Part shown: in pieces, positions 40,700 through 53,099 of the stretch | Layout: the number at the start of each line of letters is the position of its first letter | How positions within the stretch are numbered: the first letter of the stretch is position 1 | DNA from: the human T2T-CHM13v2.0 reference genome, Homo sapiens | Reading direction: 5' to 3' (one strand) | Assembly (NCBI RefSeq): GCF_009914755.1 | Contig: NC_060929.1 | DNA length: 64,000 nucleotides | Made by a program: the position numbers and the translations under genes | Notes under the pieces: generated by a model | What the model saw: the letters and a program-made list of their open reading frames with translations, nothing else | Told to the model about the DNA's origin: nothing | Databases searched by the model: none

Positions 40700-41560
40700 T
40701 GGCAGTTGCACAAAATATAAGATGAAATGGCCCAGAAAGTATGTAAAAAGCAATGAGAAGATTCCAGCACATTGTAATATTTAAGGGAAAGGTGGAAGAA
40801 AATGAGTCAATGATGGAAAGCAGAAGAATCTTAGAAAAGAGGGAGCACAGAAAACATGATGCTAGAAAATCTAGAGTGAAAAACCATTTCCTAAAGGTGC
40901 AGCTTGTGGTATCAGATGGTGTGAATAAGTCAAGTAGCTTCAGAAATGAAAATAGTCCATTATTTTTGGCAACCTGGAGATTAGGAACCTTTAGAGCAAT
41001 TTTAATGTCATCTAGTGGGCAGAAGATATAGGCAATAGGTTGAAAGATCAATATAAAATGAGAAATTAGAGGTAGGGATTATACAGCACTCTTTTAGGAC
41101 ATCTGATGTTAAGGCAAGGGAAGGATAGCTTCATAAAATATAAGCAAAGATTTTTTTTTTCCTCTGTAAACTTAGGAAGGAAGAAATGACTTGGGCATGT
41201 TTTTAGGTAAAGAACATGGGGCAGTGCAAAGAGAGTTTTTAAAAATTTGAGAAACAAGATGGAATATAAAGCAAGATTTAGAAGAATATGGAACAAAAAT
41301 GAGTGTGGGAGTTTGTGTGGTTAAATGTTATCTTTAGAAAGAAGAAGGCATCACCCATAAGAGAGGGGTAATGATCAGAGAGAACAGTGAGAAACTGGAG
41401 TCCTACTACTAAGCATGAGGAAGCAAAAAAGAGTGGAAGCTTAAAAGGAAGAAGATGAAGGAGGAGAAACGGAGCTCCTTAGGAGCAAGGATGTAATTTC
41501 ACAGGAGTTTTAAGAGCAGATAAGACTCGAATGGATGAACATTGATAATTTCTGAAGGGA
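40700..41560 (-). mobile_element. L2 relic
   Basis: Purine-rich antisense L2 (aatatttaagggaaaggtggaagaa, tttggcaacctggaga, caaggatg). Confidence 0.65.
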
Positions 41561-44500
41561 AGTTAGGGATAAGGCATTTCCATTTCTGTTACTGACTTCT
41601 AGGGCTCTTCAAATTGCCCCAAATTCTTTTTCAGAATTGCCACAACTTCTCAACCACATCTGGATATTCTAACGAAATATGCATGTTTTATTCCTAACAT
41701 TCTAACATTGTTTCCTCTGCCCTTCTATTTCTGTACTATAGTAAATCAGTCCTGAACATTCTACATAGGAAAGAATATCTTTTTTTTCTTATAACATAGA
41801 TGGGCTATTCTTTAACCCCTTGTTTTCAGGCCCCCTTTCAGACTTGCCTTGCAGACACATTGCCTGAGGAACCTGAAACCTTTACGGGTTCTACTAGCAG
41901 ATCAGCTCCCACCCCTACTCCTTAATACCAGCTTCCACTCCTACTCTTTAATGCCAGCATGTATGTTGGAGTATCTTTTTTTTCTACTTTATATCACAAC
42001 TGAAAACTCTTACACTAATTTCCAGTCTAATAGAAATTGTTCAAATGTCTTATCTTCTGAGGCCCTCCAAGCATCAATGGTTTAATCCCCCCGCCACCCC
42101 CGCCACACACACATTCATGATTCTACAGTAACTTGAATGGAATTTTAGAGAGAAGAAAACTGAGGAAAACCCACCCCCTTAAATAAGCACCATAAACAAT
42201 CCTAGGAGACATGAGCTGTTTATTTTGTATATTGTACTTCTAATAAGCATTAAACAAGCACACACCCACTTAAGCTGTTTCTCAGTTGGCTATAGGATAT
42301 AGCTATAACTATTGCCAATCTCAAACCTCTGCCCGCTCCAGAATCATTGTTCAGTAGCTGTACCTGGAAATCATCTTGTCTTCTCTTTCCTCTCATTCCA
42401 GAATAAAATATCTATTAAAGTAAGAAGTAAATGCATGAAAGAATACAGCGCTTTGTTATACCTATCCAGATCCTGAATGTAACAGATTTCATGTCCTTTG
42501 TAATTATGGAAATAAAACTTTTACTAGAAATAAAATATAAAATAAGGGTGGGGGAAGTCATCCAAACGGCTAATATACACTAACAACAAGGAAGTTATGA
42601 CAGTGCAGGCAACTGAAGTGAGCATTTCTATCCCCTCCTGATGATTTTCCAACCTCTGGTACAATTGGCAAGTTAACTCTGACTGAAAAAGTTTTTTTCA
42701 GGTATTGCTGTTAATCAAAGGAAATCAGGTCCAATGTTCATGTCTTGAAGGCACTTCTGAAACATTAGAAAGTGTGTCATCTTGGCAGCCAGCTGAAGTG
42801 CAACCATTTGGAGCAGATCTATTTATCAATACGCACAGAGAGCAAGTTTAAGACTTGCACACTGGAGCTGAATGGAGCATGAAGAAGGGGCAGTGGAGAA
42901 CACATAAATATTGAGCAATGACCTTCTATTTGGAAGTTGGAGGCAATCCCACACATGGGCTTTTATGCATTTAGAATTTATTTCTCTGAGTTCCAAGGTG
43001 CAGGTGGATTGTATTAGGAATAAATAATATCATGATCCAGGAAACCATAGGAAAAAAAAGGTTACCAGCATGAAAAGGAGTTATTACCTCAAGTAGATGG
43101 CAATTTCAGAATGGCAATTATAATTTCTTTACAAGAAAAAAGCAAAACAGCCATTTCATTTAGTAATTATAGAAGTTTATATATTTTTTAAGAAAAAAAC
43201 CTTCAAAAAACAATCATTACCTTGGAAAATGTTTACTTAAATTTGTCTATTTCTAAACGCCCACTGAGCACTTAAATACTAATAGAGGGAATGTGTATCT
43301 CCAAAATAAACTGAGTTCTTGCCAATGAACCGTTTGGACAAAACACACAACTCAGAAGTATAGAGATATATTAAAAGACTGTCTTGCTAAGAGCTCCCTT
43401 TAAAAAATAAGTACATATGCCACAATGCCAGTTGAGAAGTTGGCATCTACAACCACAAAATGTAAGTTAAAAATAATTTCATCTTGTGAATATGGAAAAT
43501 AATACCTTGCACTTAATTTCCCTCCAATTACTTCTACTGCAAAATTTTATATGACAAAGTTACTTTTTTAAATTGCTTATCTATTTATTACAATCTTAGT
43601 ACAGAATTCCACCTCTTTAGCCTCAGAACAATGCCAGCGAAAATTAGACTAGCACACACATTCTGCAGTATCGATTCCTAACTCATTCTGAAAATCATAA
43701 TAATGACATTTATATTTTAGTAACATAAAAAACAGAGACCTTAAAAACCTGAGCAACATCAATCTTCTCAACAAATAATGGTTTGAAAAATACATACATT
43801 TATGTTTTTTAAATTATTTATTATTTATTTTTCAAATCCAATTTGATTTCTACTACCTCCACTCAAAACCTATTATGTCTAGTGAAAGGGGAGGAGGTTT
43901 TAGACATCAACTAATCTAAGACTCACTTTATAGATTAAGACATTTGAGTTCTAGAGAAGTGATACTAATTGAATATAGGATAAATCCCCTTAAGAAAACG
44001 AATACCGTATCAGTCATCAGTAAAATCTAATGTAAAGAACCGGTCTCTAAAGTCTTTGATTTTAATGGGAAAAGATAACAGCCTCTCTTTTTTCATCACG
44101 TAAATTAGCTTCAGATTTATTAGTTTTGTTAATATATTCTTAGTACTTTAAATTAGTCACACCAGCTGAGGGGGCAGTGTTTCCCTGTTACTAGCTGCCC
44201 CTCTGGGTAATTAATGGCTTGTGCCCATGCCTGTGTTACCTCTCTTCTCCACTGATCTGTAATGCATTTGCCACCGGACTGTGTTATCCATTCCCAAACA
44301 TTCCGCCCATGGTTCTCTGGTTAAATAATTCAGCTCCTCAGAAAGCCAGTAACACTTATTTTTGGTATCTTATTCTATGTTTGCCAATTTTTTACTTATG
44401 GTATAATTCTACTTTTATTGCTTTATAAAAAAATAGCAAGAAGCACTAGCGTTAGTCTAAGAAATAACTGGTACTGCAGTAATAGATGAGATGTCTTAAT

Positions 44501-44661
44501 TCTCCTTATCTCTGCAAGGGCCCTTAAATTCTCTGCAACATATTTCATTCTCTGGTTCTAGAAATTCCCCTTAAATTAAAAATATGTTTCCCGCACAAAA
44601 GTTGCTAAGTGCTCACTAGCTATCCTTATAACTGTACAGAACCATGGACTCCCACCCACTA

Positions 44662-44936
44662 CTCTTGCTCTGTCACCCAGGCTGAAGTGCAGTGGTGCCA
44701 TCTTGGCTCAATGCACCCTCTGCCTCCTAGGTTCAAGAGATTCTCCCACCTCAGCCTCCCCAGTAGCTGGAACTACAGGTGCCTGCCACCACACCAGGCT
44801 ATTTTTTGTATTTATAGTAGAGACATGGTTTCACTATGTTGACCAGGCTGGTCTCAAACTTCTGACTTCAAGTGATCCACCCACCTCAGCCCCCCAAAGT
44901 GCTAGGATTATAGGCATGAGCCACTGCACCCCGGCC
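44662..44936 (-). mobile_element. AluS lacking its poly-A tail
   Basis: Antisense Alu begins abruptly at tcttgctctgtcacccagg with no poly-T. Confidence 0.93.
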
Positions 44937-45107
44937 ATAACCTCAATTTTAGAACAAGGCAGGTTTCTTATTTCTTTATACGCAAAAAGATTTCCATGAT
45001 CTGTGACAATTTAAAGAATTCCGGTTTTGGCCCATCTTTTCCATCAGAACTGAGAAGGAACACTTGAGAAAATCAAAGAAATAAGACATTGTGATGCAAA
45101 CTATCTA

Positions 45108-45335
45108 CATTGGTAGTCTCCAAAAGGGGGTGATTTTGCCCTCCAGGAGACATTTGACAATATCTGGAGACATTTGAGTTTGTTACAATGGGGATGAGAA
45201 GGTGCTACAATCATCTAGTCATCTAGTGGGCAGAGGGCAGAAAGGCTGCTAAATATCCTACAACGTGCAGGACACCAAGCACAACAAGGAATTCGCAAGT
45301 CCACAATGTCAATAATGCAAAGGATGAGAACCTTG
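45108..45335 (+). mobile_element. MER20 (hAT-Charlie)
   Basis: gggggtgattttgccctccaggagacatttgacaatatctggagacattt...gctgctaaatatcctacaa...aatgtcaataatgc. Confidence 0.9.
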
Positions 45336-45344
45336 ATTTCAGTT

Positions 45345-45498
45345 CTGGCTATTTAAAATGCTGTCTCCATACCAGCAGCTTTGGCCTTTCCTAGGAGCTT
45401 GTTGGAAACTCGGAACCCACCACAGACCTACTGAATCAATCCACAGTTAGCAAGATCCCCAGGTGACTCATATGGATAGTCCAATTTGAGAAGCACTG
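45345..45498 (+). mobile_element. MER5A (hAT-Charlie)
   Basis: accagcagc..ggagcttgttggaaa..agacctactgaatca..caagatccccaggtga..tttgagaagcactg. Confidence 0.85.
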
Positions 45499-47506
45499 AT
45501 TATACAACACTTAGGCAATTCTTACATATTCTAAAAGAGCATCTGTCTTATAGCACACAAGAATACCCTTAACTTAAATAACAGACTATTACAGTATCCT
45601 GTCTCTAATACGATATTAACATTAGTTCCACTGTGTAGCATATGAAAAAATTCCATTGCTTAGTAAATACGGAAAATTCTGGTTAGGGAAAACAAACATA
45701 CTAGAACCTCTAAGAGGCTAATGCATCTTAAGAATCTCCAAGAAAGGGATATCATAGATACCATTTCTCAAAATTATATAACTCTAGAATCTATTTGTTT
45801 CAGAGCTTTTAATAAGTCTAAGTTTTCATAGAACAAATTTCCTTTTCTCAGCATGGAAACTAAACATACACTGATTAAGGTTGAGATCACTCTCAACAGA
45901 GCCTTGAATGAATTATTACCTATGATGCATGTTGCTTCAATGAAAGACAAAACTCAAGGCCTGTCTTAACAATGAAAGTCTGGCTGGAATCCCACAGAAC
46001 CTCAACAAGAGAAAACCTTTCTCAAGTGTTAACCATGCCTAAGTAGAAACTTGCAGAGGAAAATTTCTTACATATAAAAATCCAGGTGAAAAAAAATATC
46101 TTGGGTATTGTTGCATGTTGAAAGAACAAAGCTTATGACTGGAGATGAATTCTCTTCATTCAGAAATCATATTAAAAAGACATATGCTTTCATCACATTA
46201 TCTGACTACTTTAGTGATAAAACATTTTCTTTATTATGTAATAGAAAAACTCTGTTAACAAGCAACTCTTGGGAACAACTGCAAAATAGAAGGAAATACA
46301 TATGAGTAATTCAATGTCAATGGTGACTTTATTATGCACATAAATTACATGGAGTTGCAGACTGTCTCTTTTCATCACTAATTGCATTACAGCTTATGCA
46401 AGGTTCACTGAATGAATAGAATCGCCTTGGTATGGACAGCTTTGCAAAACTGTGAACATTTCCTTAGCAATTAAGAATTCCCTAAGGTTGCCACACACTG
46501 GGTACAAATCCTTGGCATGTAATGTTGATATGTGGACATCTATAAATAGGTATGTTACACTATCTAGAAAAAACCAACAACAATAACAAATAGCATATCT
46601 TTGTAAGTATGATTAATTAGTAAGACAACGGGACTGGTGTCACACATACCTAGGTTCAAACCTGCACGTGCCCTATGCCCTGGCTGTCTAGCAGCATCAA
46701 GGGAAGGCCTGCATTTTCCTCAACAAGCACTTGAGTGGAATGTGGCATGAGTCACATGACACGCAAAAACAGAGAACACAAGGTCTTGGCATCACTCTGT
46801 TAGCAGTCACCTTTGTTATATTTAAGATTTCCATTCTTAGGACTGCTTAGCTATTCAGACATCCTTGGATGAGAAAGAGTCATTTTGGTCCACCAGAATC
46901 ATTATCTTGGACAGAGCTTCTGAAGACATACTGAACCCTATCAACTCTGCTGACCAATGGGAGTGGTATATCCCAGATGGCATTAGGAGCATACTCTAAA
47001 GTATTTGACTTTTACTGAGTATATCGTTCATTCCCCTAACGAACAATATGTTCGTTAATAAAACCCAAAATAAAACCCAACATGTCAGTGTTTACTGTGA
47101 GACACATGGTGGGTTCCAGGTGTCAGGAAGGTTTCTACAAAGATAGCCATGCGTGTATTCAAGGTCGTTCTGAGCACAGGATTTTAAAAAGGTGAGCTCT
47201 CCTCACTTTTTATTATTACATGTGAAATTGTTAAATAACTTTGTTCATTTAACAGTGATTGAACTGTTAAATTCAAAGAATCAAATATGAACATAGAAGC
47301 ATCAAATATGAACACTTTAACTCTCTCAGACATTCTGCTTTAAAGTGTGCAATGTGAGCGTTCCATGAACACAGTAGAAACATCTATCCCAGGAACCGGA
47401 TAAACCACACTCTAATCTCAGTTTTACTAGGAGTATCCACTTCCCACTGGAAAAGACATTTAATCTCTTTGAGCATCTATTTCCTTCTCAGAACAGGAGT
47501 AAAAGG

Positions 47507-47931
47507 ATATATATATATATATATATATCCTTTTATGTATGTATATGTACATGCACACATATACACGTATATGTACATGCACACATATACACGTATATGT
47601 ATATGCATACATATGGGATATGTACATACATATACGTGTGTATGTATATACATATACGTGTGTGTATATACATATACGTGTGTGTATACATATACGTGTG
47701 TGTATATACATATACGTGTGTATATACATATACGTGTGTATATACATATACGTGTGTGTATATACATATACGTGTGTGTATACATATACGTGTGTGTATA
47801 TACATATACGTGTGTGTATGTACATACATATACGTATATGTATGTACATACATACACGTGTACATACACGTGTATGTACATACATATACGTATATGTGTA
47901 TGTATGTATGTATATACATATACATATATAT
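47507..47931. repeat. Compound (TA)n plus alternating purine-pyrimidine minisatellite (unit ~ tgtgtatatacatatacg)
   Basis: Units of 18-22 bp visible directly. Confidence 0.97.
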
Positions 47932-48227
47932 TTTGCCACACTCACAAGGTTATTAAAAGGATTCTTTAGGTAATACAAAACAATTTACATGTTTAAAATT
48001 GATAAAGCTGTTCATTGATTCCATTCCCTTTTCTTTACGGTGCATAACAATTGCAGCTTTCTCTCATTAAGGTTTAGGGTAATTGTTTTTCTCAGTGAAT
48101 ATTACATTGCATGAGCTTGGCAGGTAAAAATAGCAACATTGTTTCTTAAAAGTGAAAAAAGAAAACCCACGGAGTTTTGAGAACAATTTTGTGCCCCAAT
48201 TTACACCTACTAAATATTGAGGTAGAT

Positions 48228-48790
48228 CCATTCTATCAATATATATTGACCACCTATTTATGTCTCAGGTACAGCCCAGGTGTTTGAAACGTATCCGTAA
48301 TGAAAACACATAAAGATCCCTGTCCTTGTGGAGCTTCAATTCTAGCAGCAGGAGGCAGAACATAAATAATATTATAATAAATCATCAAATTATGTATTTT
48401 GTTGGAAGATGGCAATCACATATTTTAAAAAGGAATCATAGAACAAGGGGGTTGCAATTTGAAGCAGCTGAGTCAAAGTAGGTGCTTTGAGAGGGTGGCG
48501 CTGCGAAAAGAATTGGAGGAGATGATGAAGCCAGCAGCACAAACTCTGATGGATGAAGTTTCCAGGCAGAGGAAGAGAAGGGCAAAGGCCCTGGCAAACT
48601 GCTGTATTCAAGGCACAGGAAGCAGCAGTGGAGTTGGTCAAAGTGAGTTGAGGGTGGGGCTGCGAGATGAGGGCCAAGAGGTGACAGGAAGCCCTCAAAG
48701 GAAGAAGCAGGTTGCCCACAAATGTGACGTTGGGGCCACAGATCCTGGGCACAGGCAATAAGGGTGACCTTGTGAGGAATTTAATTATAA
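48228..48790 (-). mobile_element. L2 3' end
   Basis: atatattgaccacctatttatg..atccctgtccttgtggagctt..ttccaggcagagg..gcaaaggccctgg. Confidence 0.85.
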
Positions 48791-49276
48791 TAAGAAACCA
48801 ACTGGCATTCAGTCTGCTTTTCTTATCATTATGTGCCAGCAATTCTAAGCAATGTCACAGATAAAATACTCCTCAACCCCTGAATTCTTTTTAGTCTAAA
48901 TGCTAAATAATTGCCGTGGTTACTGTGAAGTTCTAATTGCGTGTAATATATGGAACTTCCTGCTATGTGGTCAATCCCTAAAACATGGAGACTCATGCTG
49001 CATGCATTTGGGTCAGTTAGAAGTCTGTAGCGGTCCAGAATTGTGCGAGTGCTGTCTGTGTCTCCAATCCCTGTGTCACTAGAGTCCTGAATTTAGATTC
49101 AAAATAACAAAACTCAGTAATTATAACAGCAAAGAAACAGATCTTCAGTTATAATCTATGTAAGCACTTGGCAGTTGAATTCTATTTCAAATTTAAAACA
49201 GTAAAATAGATCGCAAACTGTAAGGTGTAATATTTTATGTGTGTATGCTTGCACGTTTTAGTTCATACATTTAATA

Positions 49277-49703
49277 TTTTTTTTTTATTTTTGTTTTTTT
49301 AATTTTATTATTATTATACTTAAAGTTTTAGGGTACATGTACATAATGTGCAGGTTTGTTACATATGTATACATGTGCCATGTTGGTGTGCTGCACCCAT
49401 TAACTCGTCATTTAGCATTAGGTATATCTCCTAATGCTATCCCTCCCCCCTCCCCCCACCCCACAACAGTTCCCGGTGTGTGGTGTTTCCCTTCCTGTGT
49501 CCACGTGTTCTCATTGTTCAATTCCCACCTATGAGTGAGAACATGCGGTGTTTGGTTTTTTGTCCTTGCGATAGTTTGCTGAGAATGATGGTTTCCAGCT
49601 TCATCCATGTCCCTACAAAGGACATGAACTCATCCTTTTTTATGGCTGCATAGTATTCCATGGTGTATTATGTGCCACATTTTCTTAATCCAGTCTATCA
49701 TTG
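49277..49703 (-). mobile_element. L1PA (about PA3-PA5) 5'-truncated 3' end
   Basis: Near-consensus L1PA 3'UTR (ttatacttaaagttttagggtacatg...ttcccacctatgagtgagaacatgcgg) after a poly-T tail. Confidence 0.96.
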
Positions 49704-50452
49704 TACAGCTTTATAACAGAAACTTGTTACTGTGAAATTATTCTTACATAACTGTAATTTATTAAACTTTAATGGGATTACTTATTATTGTGAGAGACCA
49801 AAAAATAATTATAATGTTTTTTCTATTTTTTCCCAAAAAAATGCACTAATGTAATTAAAAAATGTTACATCATTACTTATTTCCTTTTATGTATTGTAAC
49901 ATTTGTTTTTATTGCTCTGCATACATGAAGTAAAACGAAAGAATTTCATTTTTTCACTTTTTGTTCCCAGTCATTACTATTATTCATTTGACTTCATATT
50001 TATTAATGAAAATAACTTTTTGAATAGGAGAAGAAATGTTAAAAAAAGGACCCACTCCAGCTGTTGAATACATAAAGCAGACCAATGATTGGAAGGAACT
50101 CATTGATCTTATTTCTTAAATATTTAGTGCATGAAGTACAATAAAATCACTTAGTCTAGCGGCCGACTTTATTACTTTTGGCTGTTCTTCTCCACAGTGG
50201 GAGAGTTTCATTAATAGTTGAATCAATAAATGAATCAATAAGAAAAAGTGAAAAAAAACCTAGATAATAGTATTTGAAAGGCTGACAGGAATGTGTCAGG
50301 CCAGATATAGGACACAGGTACCAACGTGGCACTTTATGTAGGATGTTTCACATTAAAGTAGCTTATTTTCTTGCTTTAAACATCTAGAAATTACAACAGT
50401 AATTGTTATGTCCAACTACTATAAGAGTTAAGTCCTGTAAATGATACCAAGC

Positions 50453-50773
<321 letters not shown>

Positions 50774-51033
50774 TTATTTAATCCTGCTGGTTTTACAAAA
50801 ACATAACAGCAAAGGAAATCTGTCATGACTGCCCACTATATGGTCATAAAATTGAACAATTGATGCTTGTCACCCATAAGTCAAACTGTGGATAACTATG
50901 AAAATAAACCTATTTTAATTGATTTTTTTATCTGTTAGAGAATTAGAGATATGAAGAATTCAGTTTGATGGCAAAAAAGCAGATGTATTCTGAAATCATC
51001 AAATAGTTATATATATGTATATACTTTCACAGT

Positions 51034-51331
51034 ATTTTTTTGTAAGAGACGGGGTCTCACTCTGTCACCCAGGCTAGACTAGAGCTGCATAACCATCATA
51101 GCTCACTGCAGGCTCAAACTCCTGGGCTCAAGGGATCCTTCTGCCTCAGTATCTCAGATGGCTGGGACTATAAGCGTGCACCACCATGCCCAGCTAATTT
51201 TTTAACTTTTTCTAGAGACGGGGTTTCACTGTGTTACCCAAGTTGGTCTTGAACTCCCGGCCTCAATCAATCCTCCCACCTCAGTCTTCCCAAAATATTG
51301 GGATTACAGGCATGAGCCACCATGCCCAGTC
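51034..51331 (-). mobile_element. AluJ
   Basis: Antisense dimer with catagctcactgca and tcctgggctcaag. Confidence 0.93.
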
Positions 51332-52259
51332 TAATTTTTTGATATACAATTTCAAACTGCAAGCTAGAATGGTTCCCTCCCCCACATTTATTATATTATG
51401 ACTCAACAGAATGTGAAACAGGTCCATATAACACAGAATGATATCCCAGAAATTGTGCTCATCTTCACAACACTATTTTTAAAAAGTTACATTAAAAACA
51501 CTTTGTATTTGCCTAAAAAGGTTAAAATAAACCACTTCTTCCTATAGTTATGTATACTAAATTCAATTATACGTGAATGATTCCTTATCTAGATTTTTTA
51601 ATTTTCCTTTTTTAAAAATTTCTTTTTATCCAGATATTTGAATATACCAATAATCATTATAGCCTTTCAACAACTGAGAACCACTGTTAGTGCAATAATT
51701 AAGAAAGGATTAATAGCACTTCCAGATACTTCTACTGTATTTTTGTGCACTTGTAACTGTTTCATTTTTAGACCAGGGAAATAAAAATATCTTGTCCTTA
51801 CTGCTTATCTAAGTTTACATCCTTATCATAAAATGCTTAGGAAAACAAACAGCATAAAGAATAAAATAACAATCACATTACCTGTGAAAAAGTACAGTAG
51901 GAAATTTCATCTATATTAATATTTATTTTATGAAAATAATGTTCAACTTTTAAACATAAACAGTACATTATTTATCTAGCTTTATTGTTTTATTTTTTTT
52001 AAATTTAAAATCCTATCTTCCACCATAGTTCTTGTCAATATGCATAAATATTCAATATGCATAAAACATATGATTCCATTTTATGTATTTATCTCAGCAG
52101 TCCTCTGTGAATCTTCTTTCTTTCCTTTTCTTTTTCTTTCTGTCCTTTTTTCTTCTCTGTCCTTTTTTCTTCTTCTGCTCTTCTCTCTGCTCTCTCAGTC
52201 CATGAGCCCATGGGCCCTCCCTCTAGCCTTGTTTTTTGTTTTTCCTTCTTTATTACTGT

Positions 52260-52505
52260 GGATAAAATATGCTGAATATTTACCATGTTATGTTCCAGCT
52301 GCTGTGCTTAGAGTCTTATGTGTATCATCCTAGCTTCCCTCACAAGTTTCTGAATAGCCATTACTGGTGGTATTCATTTTATAATGAGGCAAAAATGAGG
52401 CTTAGAGAGATTAAGGAGTTGCCCAAAGTCATCAAGACGGCAGACAGCAAAGCTGGGATTCATATTCAACAGGGTCTGTTTCCAGCGCCAGAGCCTTTCA
52501 CAATA
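52260..52505 (-). mobile_element. MIR
   Basis: cattttataatgaggcaaaaatgaggcttagagagattaaggagttgcccaaagtca. Confidence 0.8.
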
Positions 52506-53099
52506 ATAGACACGGAAACACACATTCTCAAGGATGTGCCAGTGTACTCTTGCCTGAACGTTTCCTTGGAATACATTTCCATCAGTGGAACAATTCACAG
52601 GCTAACTTAAAATGTTGGATACATACTTCCAAATTATCTTCAAGAAATATTTTACCAATGATGCATGGAAAAGTCCTGGCTTCCTATTTCTTAGGACCCA
52701 ATTTTGTTTACTTGATATTTTAAAATATTTTTTGTTCAATTTGTCTTTTTGTTCCTATCTGCTAAGGCAGAAGCTTTTCTTCCCTTCCTCTCTAAGACCC
52801 TGTTCTTCCTGATCATGGCACAGGAGCAGGCCAAATGGCCCAGCCTCCTGCAGAACGTCTGCAGATCGTGAGTTTCCTCAAGTTGCCTGACCTCCTTCTG
52901 CAACCAGGTGGAAAGGTGCACCCTGGTCTCTCACTGCTCAGGAAGCTGCTGACACTTGGGGCATCTTCAGTCTCCCTGCACACACAGTGCTTCCAGGACA
53001 TCAAAACAGCCACACATTCTCATTGGCATCCTTCTAAAACTGACCTTTATTTTTCTGTCTTCTATTCTGATTCAGCCTCCTCCCCTTCCAGCACTTTCA

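Noticed and set aside
44165-44206. Inverted ggggcag/ctgcccc pair resembling convergent CTCF half-sites
   Set aside because: Only a 7-bp stem and a poor match to the 5' half of the CTCF motif
47620-47820. Regularly spaced repeats superficially resembling a CRISPR array
   Set aside because: No unique spacers, no cas genes, and the DNA is eukaryotic; it is a minisatellite
47460-47978. Six overlapping ORFs of 119-172 aa rich in Y/I/H/T/V/C/M
   Set aside because: Strict purine-pyrimidine alternation cannot contain TAA, TAG or TGA, so all frames stay open; this is a simple-repeat artefact
48390-48842. 150-aa and 100-aa opposing ORFs
   Set aside because: Lie within an L2 relic
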